This document shows, in pieces, positions 1 to 10,236 of a stretch of DNA of 64,000 bases. The stretch lies in contig NC_057720.1 in assembly GCF_004010195.1 (NCBI RefSeq), positions 28,963,354-29,027,353 on the forward strand, written 5' to 3'. The notes beneath the pieces were generated by a model. That model saw only the letters and a program-made list of their open reading frames with translations, was not told the origin of the DNA and did not search any database. The translations under genes and the position numbers were made by a program. Position 1 is the stretch's first letter. Each line of letters begins with the position of its first letter. Source of the stretch: Chiloscyllium plagiosum (lineage: Eukaryota).

Positions 1-500
1 ACTGACACTCTGCCTTATTTTGCAGCTACGTTTTTCACTTCCTCTTGTAGGTACATCCACAAACTGAATTAGAAAAGATTCTTGTGTACGCTGTCATGGA
101 CCAGGCCAGACCCCTCAAAACATTTCAAGAAGGTAGCCCAGACCCTAACTTTGCTAGTTGTTTTAAGTGTTGTACAGTGGATATTCCAAGAGTAATGCAG
201 CTGGTCAAGCCACTTAGTTTTAAACAAAACAGAATTTATTTACAAGATTACTGAATGAAACACAAACAACAGAAAACAGAATACCAAACCATCTAACCTC
301 TCCAAAAACCCAACAGATCATCCCAACTTAACGATGCTGTTCCAAATGATGCTGGCAACAATCCCGATAAACACTCCTTGGCACAAAAGGTAAAATCAAG
401 CACAAGTTCTTACAGGGTAGATGTCAGAGAGAGACCAGCCTGGACCTGCTTCTTTGGGTCCAGCAGCTCTTTTTTCACACTACTGCTAAACAGAACCAAA

Positions 501-1117
501 GATGGAAATGTGTTGCTGGAAAAGCGCAGCAGGTCAGGCAGCATCTAGGGAACAGGTGAATCGACGTTTCGGGCATTAGCCCTTCTTCAGCCGCCGACGA
601 TGACGTCACCTCCGCCTGCCGCCGCCGCCGATGACGTCACCTCCGCCCCATTACGCACGCGGCCGCTACATCGCCCGCTGCAATACCTGCCGCCGCCGCC
701 GACGATGATGTCACCTCTGCCCCATTACGCACGCGGCCGCTACATCGCCCGCTGCAATACCTGCCGCCGCCGCCGACGATGACGTCACCTCCGCCCCATT
801 ACGCACGCGGCCGCTACATCGCCCGCTGCAATACCTGCCGCCGCCGCTGACGATGACGTCACCTCCGCCCCCACCGACTATACCCCCACACTCCGGATTC
901 CTCAACTGTTCCAGAATCTTCCATCGGCCTCCGAAATCAGTCTGCTCCGAAATCAGTCTGGCGCCATTACGCACGCGGCCGCTACATCACCCGCTGCAAT
1001 ACCTGCCGCCGCCGCCGACGATGACGTCACCTCCGCCCCCACCAACTATACCTGCTGCGCTTTTCCAGCAACACATTTCCATCTCTGATCTCCAGCATCT
1101 GCAGACCTCACTTTCTC
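501..1117. mobile_element. Penelope-like terminal-repeat insertion with inverted ends enclosing a GC-rich minisatellite
   Basis: 501-533 is the perfect reverse complement of 1051-1083. 15-bp TSD CTAAACAGAACCAAA at 486-500 and 1118-1132. The terminal sequence matches the PLE end at 54900-54996. Confidence 0.8.
591..1050. repeat. 74-bp GC/CpG-rich minisatellite, about 4-5 units
   Basis: CATTACGCACGCGGCCGCTACATC recurs at 649, 723, 797 (period 74) and 965. TGACGTCA at 601, 632, 780, 854 and 1022, with variant TGATGTCA at 706. A 16-bp duplication lies at 929-960. Confidence 0.95.
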
Positions 1118-3209
1118 CTAAACAGAACCAAACCAAACCAGAGAAATGCTGAGTTGGGAGAACTGGCCACTCCCCTTTCATTGTACAAGTGTTTTCTTTT
1201 AACTTGAAAGCCTTCTGCCTGAGGCAGTCTCTGTTAGCTATTATCAAATTGGCCCTAAAACCCTTCACCTCCAGACTTTTCAGAGTCTGTGTCATTTACG
1301 ACCTCCCTGAAAAAAGAAAGCCAAGGGCTGTATAACCTTGTTAAAGGAGCAGCTTTATCACAACACTTAACACATTCCTCTCCATCTAAACCCTTAACAT
1401 GATGGCAGTTCCAGTTTTTATTTAGAAAGTTAAAATTCCCTACCGTAACCACCCTATTATTCTTGCAGATAACTGAGATCTCCTTACAAATTTGTTTCTC
1501 AATTTCCTACTGACTATTGAGGGGTCTAAAGTACAATCCCAATAAGGTGATCATCCCTTTCTTATTTCTCAGTTCCACCCAAATAATTTGCCTGGACTTA
1601 TTCCCTGGATGTATCCTCCCTATATACAGCTGTAATGTTATGCCTTATCAAAAACACCACTTCCCCTCCTATCTTGCTCCCCTTTCTATCCTTCCTATAG
1701 CATCTATACCCTAGAACATTAAATTGCCAGTCCTGTCCATCCCTGAGCCATGTCCCTGTAATTGCTATGATATCCCAGTCCCATAATTCCCAACCATGCC
1801 CTGAGTTTATCTGCCTTGCCAGTTAGGCCTCTTGTATCCAAATAAATGCAGTTTAATTTATCAGTCCTACCTTGTTCCCTGCTTTGCTCTGCCTCCCGAC
1901 TGATTGACTTGCTCCTTTTCCCAGCTGCACCAGTCTCAGACTGATCTCTTTCCTCACTATCTTCCTGGGTCCCACCAACTCACCCACTCTCAATACCCCC
2001 TCACTAGTTTAAATCCTCCCAAGCAGCTGTAGCAAATCTACCTGCCAGTTATTAGTCCCCTTCAGGGACAATCAGTCCTTCTTATACAGGTTACTTCTGC
2101 CCCAGAAGAAATTCCACTGATCCAAAATGTGAATCCTTTTCCTCTGCACCAGCTCCTCAGTCATACATTCATCTGGTCGATCCTCCTATTCCTAAACTCA
2201 TGGTACCAGGAATAATCCAGATATTACTATCCTTGAGGACCTCCTTTTTAAAGTCCTACCTAACTTCCCATATTCTCTCCTCAGAATCTCTTCCTTTTCT
2301 CTTCCTATGTCCTTAGACCCAATGTGTACAATGACATCCTGCTGGTCACTCTCCCCTTTGAGAATATTCTGCACTTTCTCTGAGATATTCTTGATCCTGG
2401 CACCAGGGAGACAACATACCATTCTGATATCTCAATGTTGGCTGCAGAAACATCTGTCTGTGCCTCTGACTAGAGAGCACCAATCGATCACTTGGAACTT
2501 GACATATCTCTCATTACATTAGAGTCAGTCTCGGTACAGAAACCTGGCTCTCAGTGCATCATTTTCCTAAGGGTCCATCACCCCCTACATTTTCCAAAAC
2601 AGCATACTTTTTTGAGGTGAGGATAGCAGCAGGAGACTCCTGCGTTACCTGCCTACCCTTCCCTTTCCTGAAGGTAACTCATCTACCTGACTGTGTCTGC
2701 GGGTTTTCACCCTTCCTGAAAATGCCATCCATTACACCCCCGGCTGCTGTAAATTCCTTATTGCCTCTAACTGCTGCTCCAATCGATCCATGCAATCTGA
2801 CATGATTCACAATCAAACACACTTCCTGCAGACATAATCACCAATAACATGGAAACTCTCCCTAATCTCCCATACCTAACAGGAAGAGCACATCACTCTA
2901 CTAATGGCCACCTTTACTTGTAGCAATTTATAGACCCAGAAAATAGCACTGACCTATTCCTTCAAAACATTGTTCCAGGCTAACTTACTACATAGGTTTT
3001 ATATTTTTAAAGTTTAATCAAGAGATAGAAATCAATAAAAACATTTAATCAAAAAACAACACACTCTACTCACAATTGTAGATTTACAAAAAAAATGAGG
3101 CCGTACATTAAAACTAGCCACTTAGCTGCTCTCCTGCTGTAAGCTCCCCCACACATGTTTCTCCAAGGTCAGTTGTGTATTTCACTATTTGTTTATTTTT
3201 CTTAGAAGA

Positions 3210-3724
3210 ACTGGTTTATAAAATCATGAGGGGCATGTATAAGGTAAATAGACAAGATCTTTTCCCTGGGGTGGGGGGACTCTAGAACTAGAGGACATGG
3301 ATTTAAAGTGAGAAGGAAAGATTTAAGAGGGACCTAAGGGGCAACCTTTTTTACACAAAGTGGGGACACTTGTGGAATGGACTGCATGAGGAAATGGTGG
3401 AGGCTGGTACAACTACGTAGAACGTAGAACATAGAACAATACAGCGCAGAACAGACCCTTCAGCTCTGGATGTTTTGCCGACCTGTGAACTAATCTAAGT
3501 CCATACCCCTGTACTGTCCCATCATCATCCATATGGTTATCCAAGGACTGTTTAAAATGCTCCTATTTAAAAGGCATCTGAATGGGTATATGAATAAGAA
3601 GGGTTTAGAGGGATATGTGCCAAGTGCTGGCAAATGGGCCTAGATTAATTTAGGATATCTGGTCAGCATGGATGAGTTGGACTGAAGGGTCGGTTTCTGT
3701 GCTGTATGTCTTTATGACTCTATA
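3210..3724 (+). mobile_element. CR1 LINE 3' fragment with a nested antisense LINE tail at ~3417-3560
   Basis: Matches the 3' ends of the CR1 copies at ~18240-18604 and ~26350-26710, including the tail TATGACTCTATA. Confidence 0.8.
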
Positions 3725-3852
3725 AATTCCGATGTCCAGAGATACTTGAAACCAAACAGCAGAAGTAGTCAGCTGTACAGGTTCACTGCTGGGTCAGACT
3801 GCTGTGTAGATTTATTTCTCCGGTGGTTTCACTTCCCAAATGGTCACTGTTT

Positions 3853-4160
3853 TAGATTAGATTCCCTACAATATGGAAACAGGCCCTTAGACTCAACAAG
3901 TCCACGCCGACCCTCCAAAGAGTAACCCATCCAGACCCATTCCCCTACATTTACCCTTGACTAGTGTACCTAACACAATGGGAAATTTAGCATAGCCAAT
4001 TCACCTGACCTGCACATCTTTGGATTGTGGGAGGAAACCCATGCAAACATGGGAAGAATGTGCAAACTCCACACAGACAGTCGTCCAAGGTGGGAATCGA
4101 ACCCAGGTCCTTGGCACTGTAAGGCAACAGTGCTAACCACTGAACCACCGTGCCACCCCA
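3853..4160 (-). mobile_element. HE1/V-SINE (tRNA-derived)
   Basis: Minus strand shows a tRNA-like head (GGTGGTTCAGTGGTTAGCAC...GGTTCGATTCC), core TGTGTGGAGTTTGCACATTCT and a (TCTAA)n tail. Confidence 0.85.
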
Positions 4161-4619
4161 ATGTCCAAATGCTTTGTCTCTCTTCTTCCTTTTAAAATGA
4201 CATTGTTGCCAAACTTTTTGAGATGTCTGATCTCTCTGTAATGCTCACTGTGAGTGTGAGACATCCCATTTGACGTTAAAGAGTTTCAATATTGATGAAA
4301 GTTTTGGGAAAACACCACTGGGCTTCATTTGGATCAGAATGAATTACACTATAAAAAACAGGTCCCCATGTGGTTATAAGCCAGATAACTGGGCCTAGGT
4401 TCAGTGAGCAATAATGAGAATGGAGATGAGCATTCCAATTGTTGATAGTGTTTGATCCATTGACCAGGGCACACTTATGTCGAGTTGATGACAATAAAAT
4501 TAGGGAAGTTCAAAGATATCGATGGAGGTCTAAGATTAATTAAATCCATTTCTAAATGCTTTATACATCTTGTTGCCGAAGAGAATGACCATAGTTGATG
4601 AACCAGTTCTAATAGTCTT

Positions 4620-4990
4620 TTAATTTATTCTGTTAGAGATATGGGAGTGCCATAATTTGTTGCCCATCCCTAACTGTAATTGAATGGAGTGATTTATTAG
4701 ATCATTTCAGATGGCACCTAAGAATCAATTATATTATTATGAACCTAGAATCACATGTAGACTGGACTGGTAAGACGGCAAATTTCATTTTTTAAAGGAT
4801 AGTATTGAACTATATAGGTTTTTAACAAGAGCTGATGATAGCTTCATGGTCACTGTCACTGAGATTCAGATTTACAATCAATTGTATTGATATTCCATCA
4901 GCTGCCCTGATGAGATTTGATTTTGCGTTCTCAAGTATTCTTTTGGGCATTTGTGCTACTAGTGTAGTCACATTACCACTGCACCACCAT
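4620..4990 (-). mobile_element. Old tRNA-derived SINE (second family)
   Basis: Similar copies at 18745-19115, at 22255-22400 plus 23350-23515, and at 54820-54866 plus 55340-55600. Minus-strand head TGGTGCAGTGGTAATG. Confidence 0.6.
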
Positions 4991-5844
4991 TCTAATTTGT
5001 TCATGTAGGTAATGGGAGTAGGGCTGGTGATAACTGCTTTCCTGGGACTTTAACATGGTATCCTCATAGGACTGGCGACTACCGTCGACACTTCAGACAT
5101 CAGTGATACATGCGAGACCAGCAGTAATGGCAAGTAGTTATAAACTGCAGACAACAAGGAGTGAACACCAAATCCAGGGCAGGTGAGGTTTCAACAAAGA
5201 AGTAACCGAGAGTGGGGCTGTGTAACAATTAGTAACCAGGTTCCAAGACTCCACGATGTATGAGCAACAGTATTGAAAGTTCCCTAGCAACAACAACTTT
5301 AACTAATACATCCTACACTGCAACAATATCACCGGCTCAGTTATATGGATCAAAAACTCACGAAGATGTTCATTAATTATGATACAAGATAGCTGTGCTA
5401 AGACAGACAGTTCAACAAATAATGTTTCTGTTGGTCACATTTCTCTCATCAGGGAAAGTTGTTCAGATGTTCCAGCCAATCACATTGACTCCTAGAGCGA
5501 TCAATCACTCAGTAACAATCTGTGCAATTCCTTTTTGTTCACTCAAATTCATTACGCAGCCTCCTGCCTCAATTGTGTTGAGATTACAAAATTATCAGAT
5601 TTGATCTCACTCAGAAATGCTCAGTATGAAGTGTGAAGCTTCTCTGTCATTTGACTTAACCAGCTAAACACCTCAACTTGATGTACCTTTTTGCTATATA
5701 TTCAGGGTTTTATTTAGATTGCAATGGCAGAATGATCTGGAATGTAAAAACAAGTTTCCCTATGGATCCAATTCAGTGAATATGGAGGTGGGCAATAGTG
5801 AAGAAATTACTAGCCTTTTCAGGAATAGAGTTCACTCCCTGCTT

Positions 5845-6488
5845 GTGGGGCAGCACAATGGTTCTGTGGTTAGCACTACTGCATCACAGTGCCAGGGACC
5901 TGGATTCAAATCCAGCCTTGTGTGACTAGATTAGATTACTTACAGTGTGGAAACAGGCCCTTCGGCCCAACAAGTCCACACCGCCCCGCCGAAGCGCAAC
6001 CCACCCATACCCCTACATTTACCCCTTACCTAACACTACGGGCAATTTAGCATGGCCAATTCACCTGACCTGCACATCTTTGGACTGTGGGAGGAAACCG
6101 GAGCACCCGGAGGAAACCCACGCAGACACGGGGAGAATGTGCAAACTCCACACAGTCAGTCGCCTGAGGCGGGACTTGAACCCAGGTCTCTGGCGCTGTG
6201 AGGCAGCAGTGCTAACCACTGTGCCACCGTGCCGCCCCAACCGTGACTGTGTGGAGTTTGCACATTCTCCCTGTGTCTGTGTGGATTTCCTCCCACAGTT
6301 CAAAGATGTGTAGGTTAGGTGAATTGGCCATGCTAAATTATCAATAGTGTTCAGGGATGTGTAGGCGAGGTGCATCATTCAGGAGAAGGTAGAGCAATAG
6401 GGGAATGGATCTGGTTGGGTTACTCTCTGGAGGGTCAGTGTTGACTTGTTGGGCCGAATAGCCTGTTTCCACACTATAGTGATTCCAT
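5845..6488. mobile_element. Nested HE1 SINEs: older + copy (5845-5927, 6242-6488) interrupted by a young - copy (~5928-6241)
   Basis: GTGACT is duplicated at 5922-5927 and 6243-6248. The inner copy retains CpGs and is near-identical to 26851-27301. Confidence 0.85.
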
Positions 6489-7349
6489 GAATATGCCAGT
6501 GTGTTTTGAAGCAGTGATTTTGTGTTTTTTAGGTTTGTGCTGACTTTGTGCCTCACATTTCATATAATTATGGGAACTAGACACCATTCATCTGAAGTTG
6601 TGTGACTTAGTCAGGAATTGAATTGAAGTTTTAGTAGACTATGTGTATTGTTATGACTGGGACTTTTTGACAAGTCCTTGCCGAGATAGTCAGAAGTTTC
6701 ATTATGTTTTAGAAAATACTGCAGGTAGCTGAGGCAAAGTTTCAACCTTGGACTTTAAAGTGTGGCTAACAATTTTTGTCCAATCTCTGGGACATCTTCA
6801 ACTTTGCTGATGATGCTAATAAGCAGCTGAATATATTAACAGAATACCGCACTCAGACTGACAGTGCTGGCCAATCAGGAACTCCAAGGTGGAACCTGCA
6901 GAAGAGCCCAAATGTGTCTAAGACAATATGGAATCTGGCACAGAAGATTTACTCATCACAATTCATAGAACTCAACAGTATTAACTGAGTTGTCCTTCAA
7001 CATCTACAAATCACCTTTGAATCTTCTTGTTGATGTTCCCATTGTGCACAATCTCCTCATTCAGATCATTTAGCCAATCACATTCACTCCAAGAGAGATC
7101 AGCCAGTTAACTTTTAATTTACTTTGTTTCTTGCACTGAAGGAGTTTGTGCAGCCTCTTGCATCAACTGCGTCCAGTTTCTGAAGCTATGCTGATATCTG
7201 ATCTCACCATGATCTCAGGGTCAGGGTAAAGCTAGTTCTGTGACATCGTTGCTTGACTCAACCAGCCATGTATTGTCATTGTTTGACTCTAATAGTTAGC
7301 ATATTTTAACGTATGTTATCCATAAATATATATATATATATATAATATA

Positions 7350-7960
7350 TAGGTACTAAAACAGTTTTGCTCTGCACAATAGCATATAAAGAAAACAAAA
7401 CAAATACTGAAATTGGACTTTATCCAATAAACAAACCAAAGGAATCTCTTACTTGTGTAAGGTTATATTTACATATATTTGAGGCACTGGGGGAGTCCAA
7501 TAACTGAACAGACCCCCATTTAACTTCAGCAGAAAGGTCTCAGATGGTGGACTTTCCCACTGCAGCAGCTACCTCAAGCTTTAGTGCATCCCTCAGCACG
7601 TAGTCCTCAACCTTGAAATGTGCCAGTCTGCAACACTCAATCAGGGTCAACCCTTTGCTCTGGAAGGCCATAGTTTTGGGCAGACCATAGGGCACCTTTC
7701 ATCGAGTTGATTGTCCTTCAGTTGCAGTCAATTTTGGTCTCAGTGTGCATCCCGGGGAACAGCCATAATGCAGAGTCCTGCATCAAGGAGCTGCTCTGGG
7801 CAAAAACCATTGCATTTTCTCCAGACCTTCTTCACAAAAGCACATTCCAGAAGGCGATGTGTGACAGTCTCATTGCCCCCTACTCCTACCCCTCACCCAG
7901 CAGCAGCTTTGAGGGCAATGTGTTGTGGTGCAGAAGTAGTGCCCTTGCCACCACCAGCCA
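7350..7960 (-). mobile_element. Tx1/L1-clade LINE 3' fragment (ORF2 C-terminal zinc knuckle)
   Basis: Minus strand reads GNETVTHRLLECAFVKKVW ... LFPGMHTET ... ECCRLAHFKVEDYVLRDALKL, with frameshifts. The 3' end lies next to (TA)n at ~7327-7350. Confidence 0.7.
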
Positions 7961-8054
7961 AGCAATCTCTATCGGTTAGGTATCTCACTTTGATTAAAAT
8001 GTTGGATGAACAGCCTTGGGTTTTAATTTATGTTACGAGGACAGATCTATGTTA

Positions 8055-9497
8055 TAAACTGGCTTCCATGCGCTTATCCTTGAACATGGGGGAGGTCCCA
8101 GAGGACTGGAGAATTGTTAATATCGTCCCCTTGTTTAAGAAGGGTAACAGGGATAATCCAGGTAAATACAAATCTGTGAGCCTGACGTCAGTAGTAGGGA
8201 GGCTATACACCCATTTGGAAGAAAATCAGCTTATCGATGATCAGCAGCATGGTTTTGTGCAGGGAAGGTCATGTCTAACAAACCTAATAGAAATCTTCAA
8301 AGAGGTGACAAAGTTGATTGATGAAGGAAGGGATATAGATTTCATATACATGGACTTTCATAAGGCTTTTGATAAGGTTCCCCTTGGGAAGCTGATGAAG
8401 AAGGTGATGGCGCATGGGGTCCAGAGTATTCTAGCTAAGTGGATAGAGAACTGGTTGGGCAACAGGAGACAGGGCGTAATAGTGGAAGGGAGCTTGTCAA
8501 AATGGAGATCTGTGACCAGTGGTGTTCCACGGAATCCGTGCTGGGACCACTGTTGTTTGTGATATATACATAAGTGATCTGGAGGAAGGTGTGGCAAGTT
8601 TGCAGATGACACTAAGATTGGCGGTGTAGCAGATAGTAAAGGGGACTGTCAGAGAATACAGCAGAATATAGACAGATTGGAGAGTTGGGCAGAGAAAATG
8701 GCAGATGGAGTTCAATCCAGACAAATGCGATGTGATGCATTTTGGAAGATGCAATTCAAGAGCAAACTATACAGTAAATGGGAAATTCTTGGGGAAAATT
8801 GATGTATAGAGCATGGATGTTCATGTGCATTGTACCCTGAAGGTGGCAATGTAGGTCAGTAGAGTGGTCAAGAAGACACATGGCATGCTTTCCTTCATCG
8901 GATGGGGTATTGAGTACGAGTTGGCAGGTCATGTTACAGTTGTATAAGACTTTGGTTCAGCCACATTTGGAATACTGCGTACTGTTCTGGTTGCCACATT
9001 ACCAAAAGGATGTGGATGCTTTGGAGAGAGTGCTGAGGAGGTTCACCAGGATGTTGCCTGATATGGAGGGTGTAGCTATGAGGAGAGGTTGAGTAAAATA
9101 GGCTTATTTTCATTGGAAAGAAAGAGGTTGAGGGGGACCTGACTGAAGCCTACAAAATCATGAGATATAGACAGGGTGGATAGCGAGGAATTTTTTTCCC
9201 AGAGTGGAGGACTCAGTTACTAGGGGTCATGAGTTCAAAGTGAGATGGGAAAAGTTGAGGGGAGATATGTGTGGAAAGTTCCTCATATTTAGGATGCTGG
9301 TGCCTGGAATGCGGTGCCAGCAGAGGTGGTAGGGGTGCGAACGATAGCATCATTTAAGATGTATCTAGACAAATTCATGAATGGGCAGGGAGCAAAGGGA
9401 TACAGACCTTTAGAAAATAGGTGGCAGGTTTAGATAGAGGATCAGTATTGGCACAGGCTTAGAGGGCCAAAGGGCCTGTTCCTGTGCTCTAAGGTTC
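8055..9497 (+). mobile_element. CR1 LINE, 5'-truncated, decayed RT and 3' UTR
   Basis: GEVPEDWRIVNIVPLFKKG, QQHGFVQGRSCLTNL, YMDFHKAFDKVP, SGVP, KFADDTK and LYKTLVQPHLEYC motifs. Confidence 0.93.
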
Positions 9498-10051
9498 TTT
9501 GTTTTTTGTTCTTACAACCCAGCAAATATGGCCAGTGGGCAATGGTGATGGGATTGTTCATCTTCTTGATATAATTTTCCTTTGGTGAAGCATGATTGCA
9601 ATTGTCTTTGAAACAGTGCATATGGAGTCCTGTGTTGCTGTACACTCAAAATCATCAGTTAGTATCAGACACCAGTGATCAGAATCCACTGATTATATCT
9701 TAGTCCAGAGGCAAACAATGGAGTTGATCACTGCTGGTGCGGACCTTAGCTGGAAATGAATTAAATTCACGAGCTGAGTGTATCAGTGCTGAGGCTTTTC
9801 AACAGGTCCTTGCTTGGAGAAAAGCTATCCATAAATCAGTTTCATTGAACTCTATTTTTCTGGACAAGGGAAAATGTCTACTTGGGTCTTTAGAGAGTAG
9901 ATCGCAAACATAAATCATTTTAGTCTAACCTCCAGAGTATCTCAAATATTGCCATCAGGAGGGGAATGAGTACTTAACTCTGATTGGTGATGCTAGTCAT
10001 TCAGGACTCCAAGCAAGGACCTGAAAGTCAGACTGATTAATCATCAGAGAG

Positions 10052-10236
10052 GCAAAGGTGAGGACTGCAGATGCTGGAAACCAGAGTTTAGATCATCAGG
10101 AATGGAGGCAGGGAGCATCCAGGGTGGAGAGATTTTATCCCGGGCTTCCTGCCTCTATTCCTGATGAAGGGGTTTTGCCCGAAACATTGATTTTCCTGCT
10201 CCTGACCTGCTGTGCTTTTCCAGCACCACTCTGATC
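10052..10236. mobile_element. Short Penelope terminal-repeat insertion with internal hairpin and hammerhead-like motif
   Basis: 14-bp TSD TAATCATCAGAGAG at 10038-10051 and 10237-10250. Internal inverted repeat CATCAGGAAT..GAGGCAGG / CCTGCCTCTATTCCTGATG. CTGATGA..GAAAC at 10161-10185. Confidence 0.8.

Larger units (their letters stand above)
92..1362. mobile_element. Solo LTR (Gypsy/ERV-like) inserted in the CR1
   Basis: Begins TGTCAT and ends ATCACA (TG..CA ends). 4-bp TSD ACGC/ACAC with one CpG-type change. Cleanly interrupts the CR1 endonuclease. About 640 bp after removing the 501-1117 insert and its TSD. Confidence 0.7.
1..3205 (-). mobile_element. Decayed CR1-type LINE, 5' half (ORF1 zinc finger/SGNH esterase and start of ORF2 endonuclease), split by a solo LTR at 92-1362
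   Basis: Minus-strand peptides VCCLPGARIKNISEKVQNILKGESDQQDVIVHIGSKDIG (CR1 ORF1 esterase) and VTVGNFNFLNKNWNCHHVKGLDGEECVKC (endonuclease GDFN region). Endonuclease-like sequence resumes at 1-91 beyond the LTR. Many stops and frameshifts. Confidence 0.85.

Noticed and set aside
591..1050. CRISPR-like repeat/spacer appearance
   Set aside because: The sequence between repeats is itself repeated, so there are no unique spacers. The context is vertebrate and there are no cas genes.
600..1295. Pro/Arg/Gly-rich ORFs on both strands
   Set aside because: They are translations of the 74-bp minisatellite, whose period is not a multiple of 3. There is no splice or domain support.
5479..5500. ATCACATTG resembling the miR-23 5' end
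   Set aside because: The match stops after 9 nt and I see no pre-miRNA hairpin.
5395..5604. ORF resembling a signal peptide plus Ig V-domain start (..QPITLTPRAINHSVTIC)
   Set aside because: No conserved Trp or DxxxYxC follows, and paralogous units have stops in this frame.
7711..8562. 283-aa ORF as a host gene
   Set aside because: It is a chance fusion of antisense Tx1-like sequence with a decayed CR1 RT.
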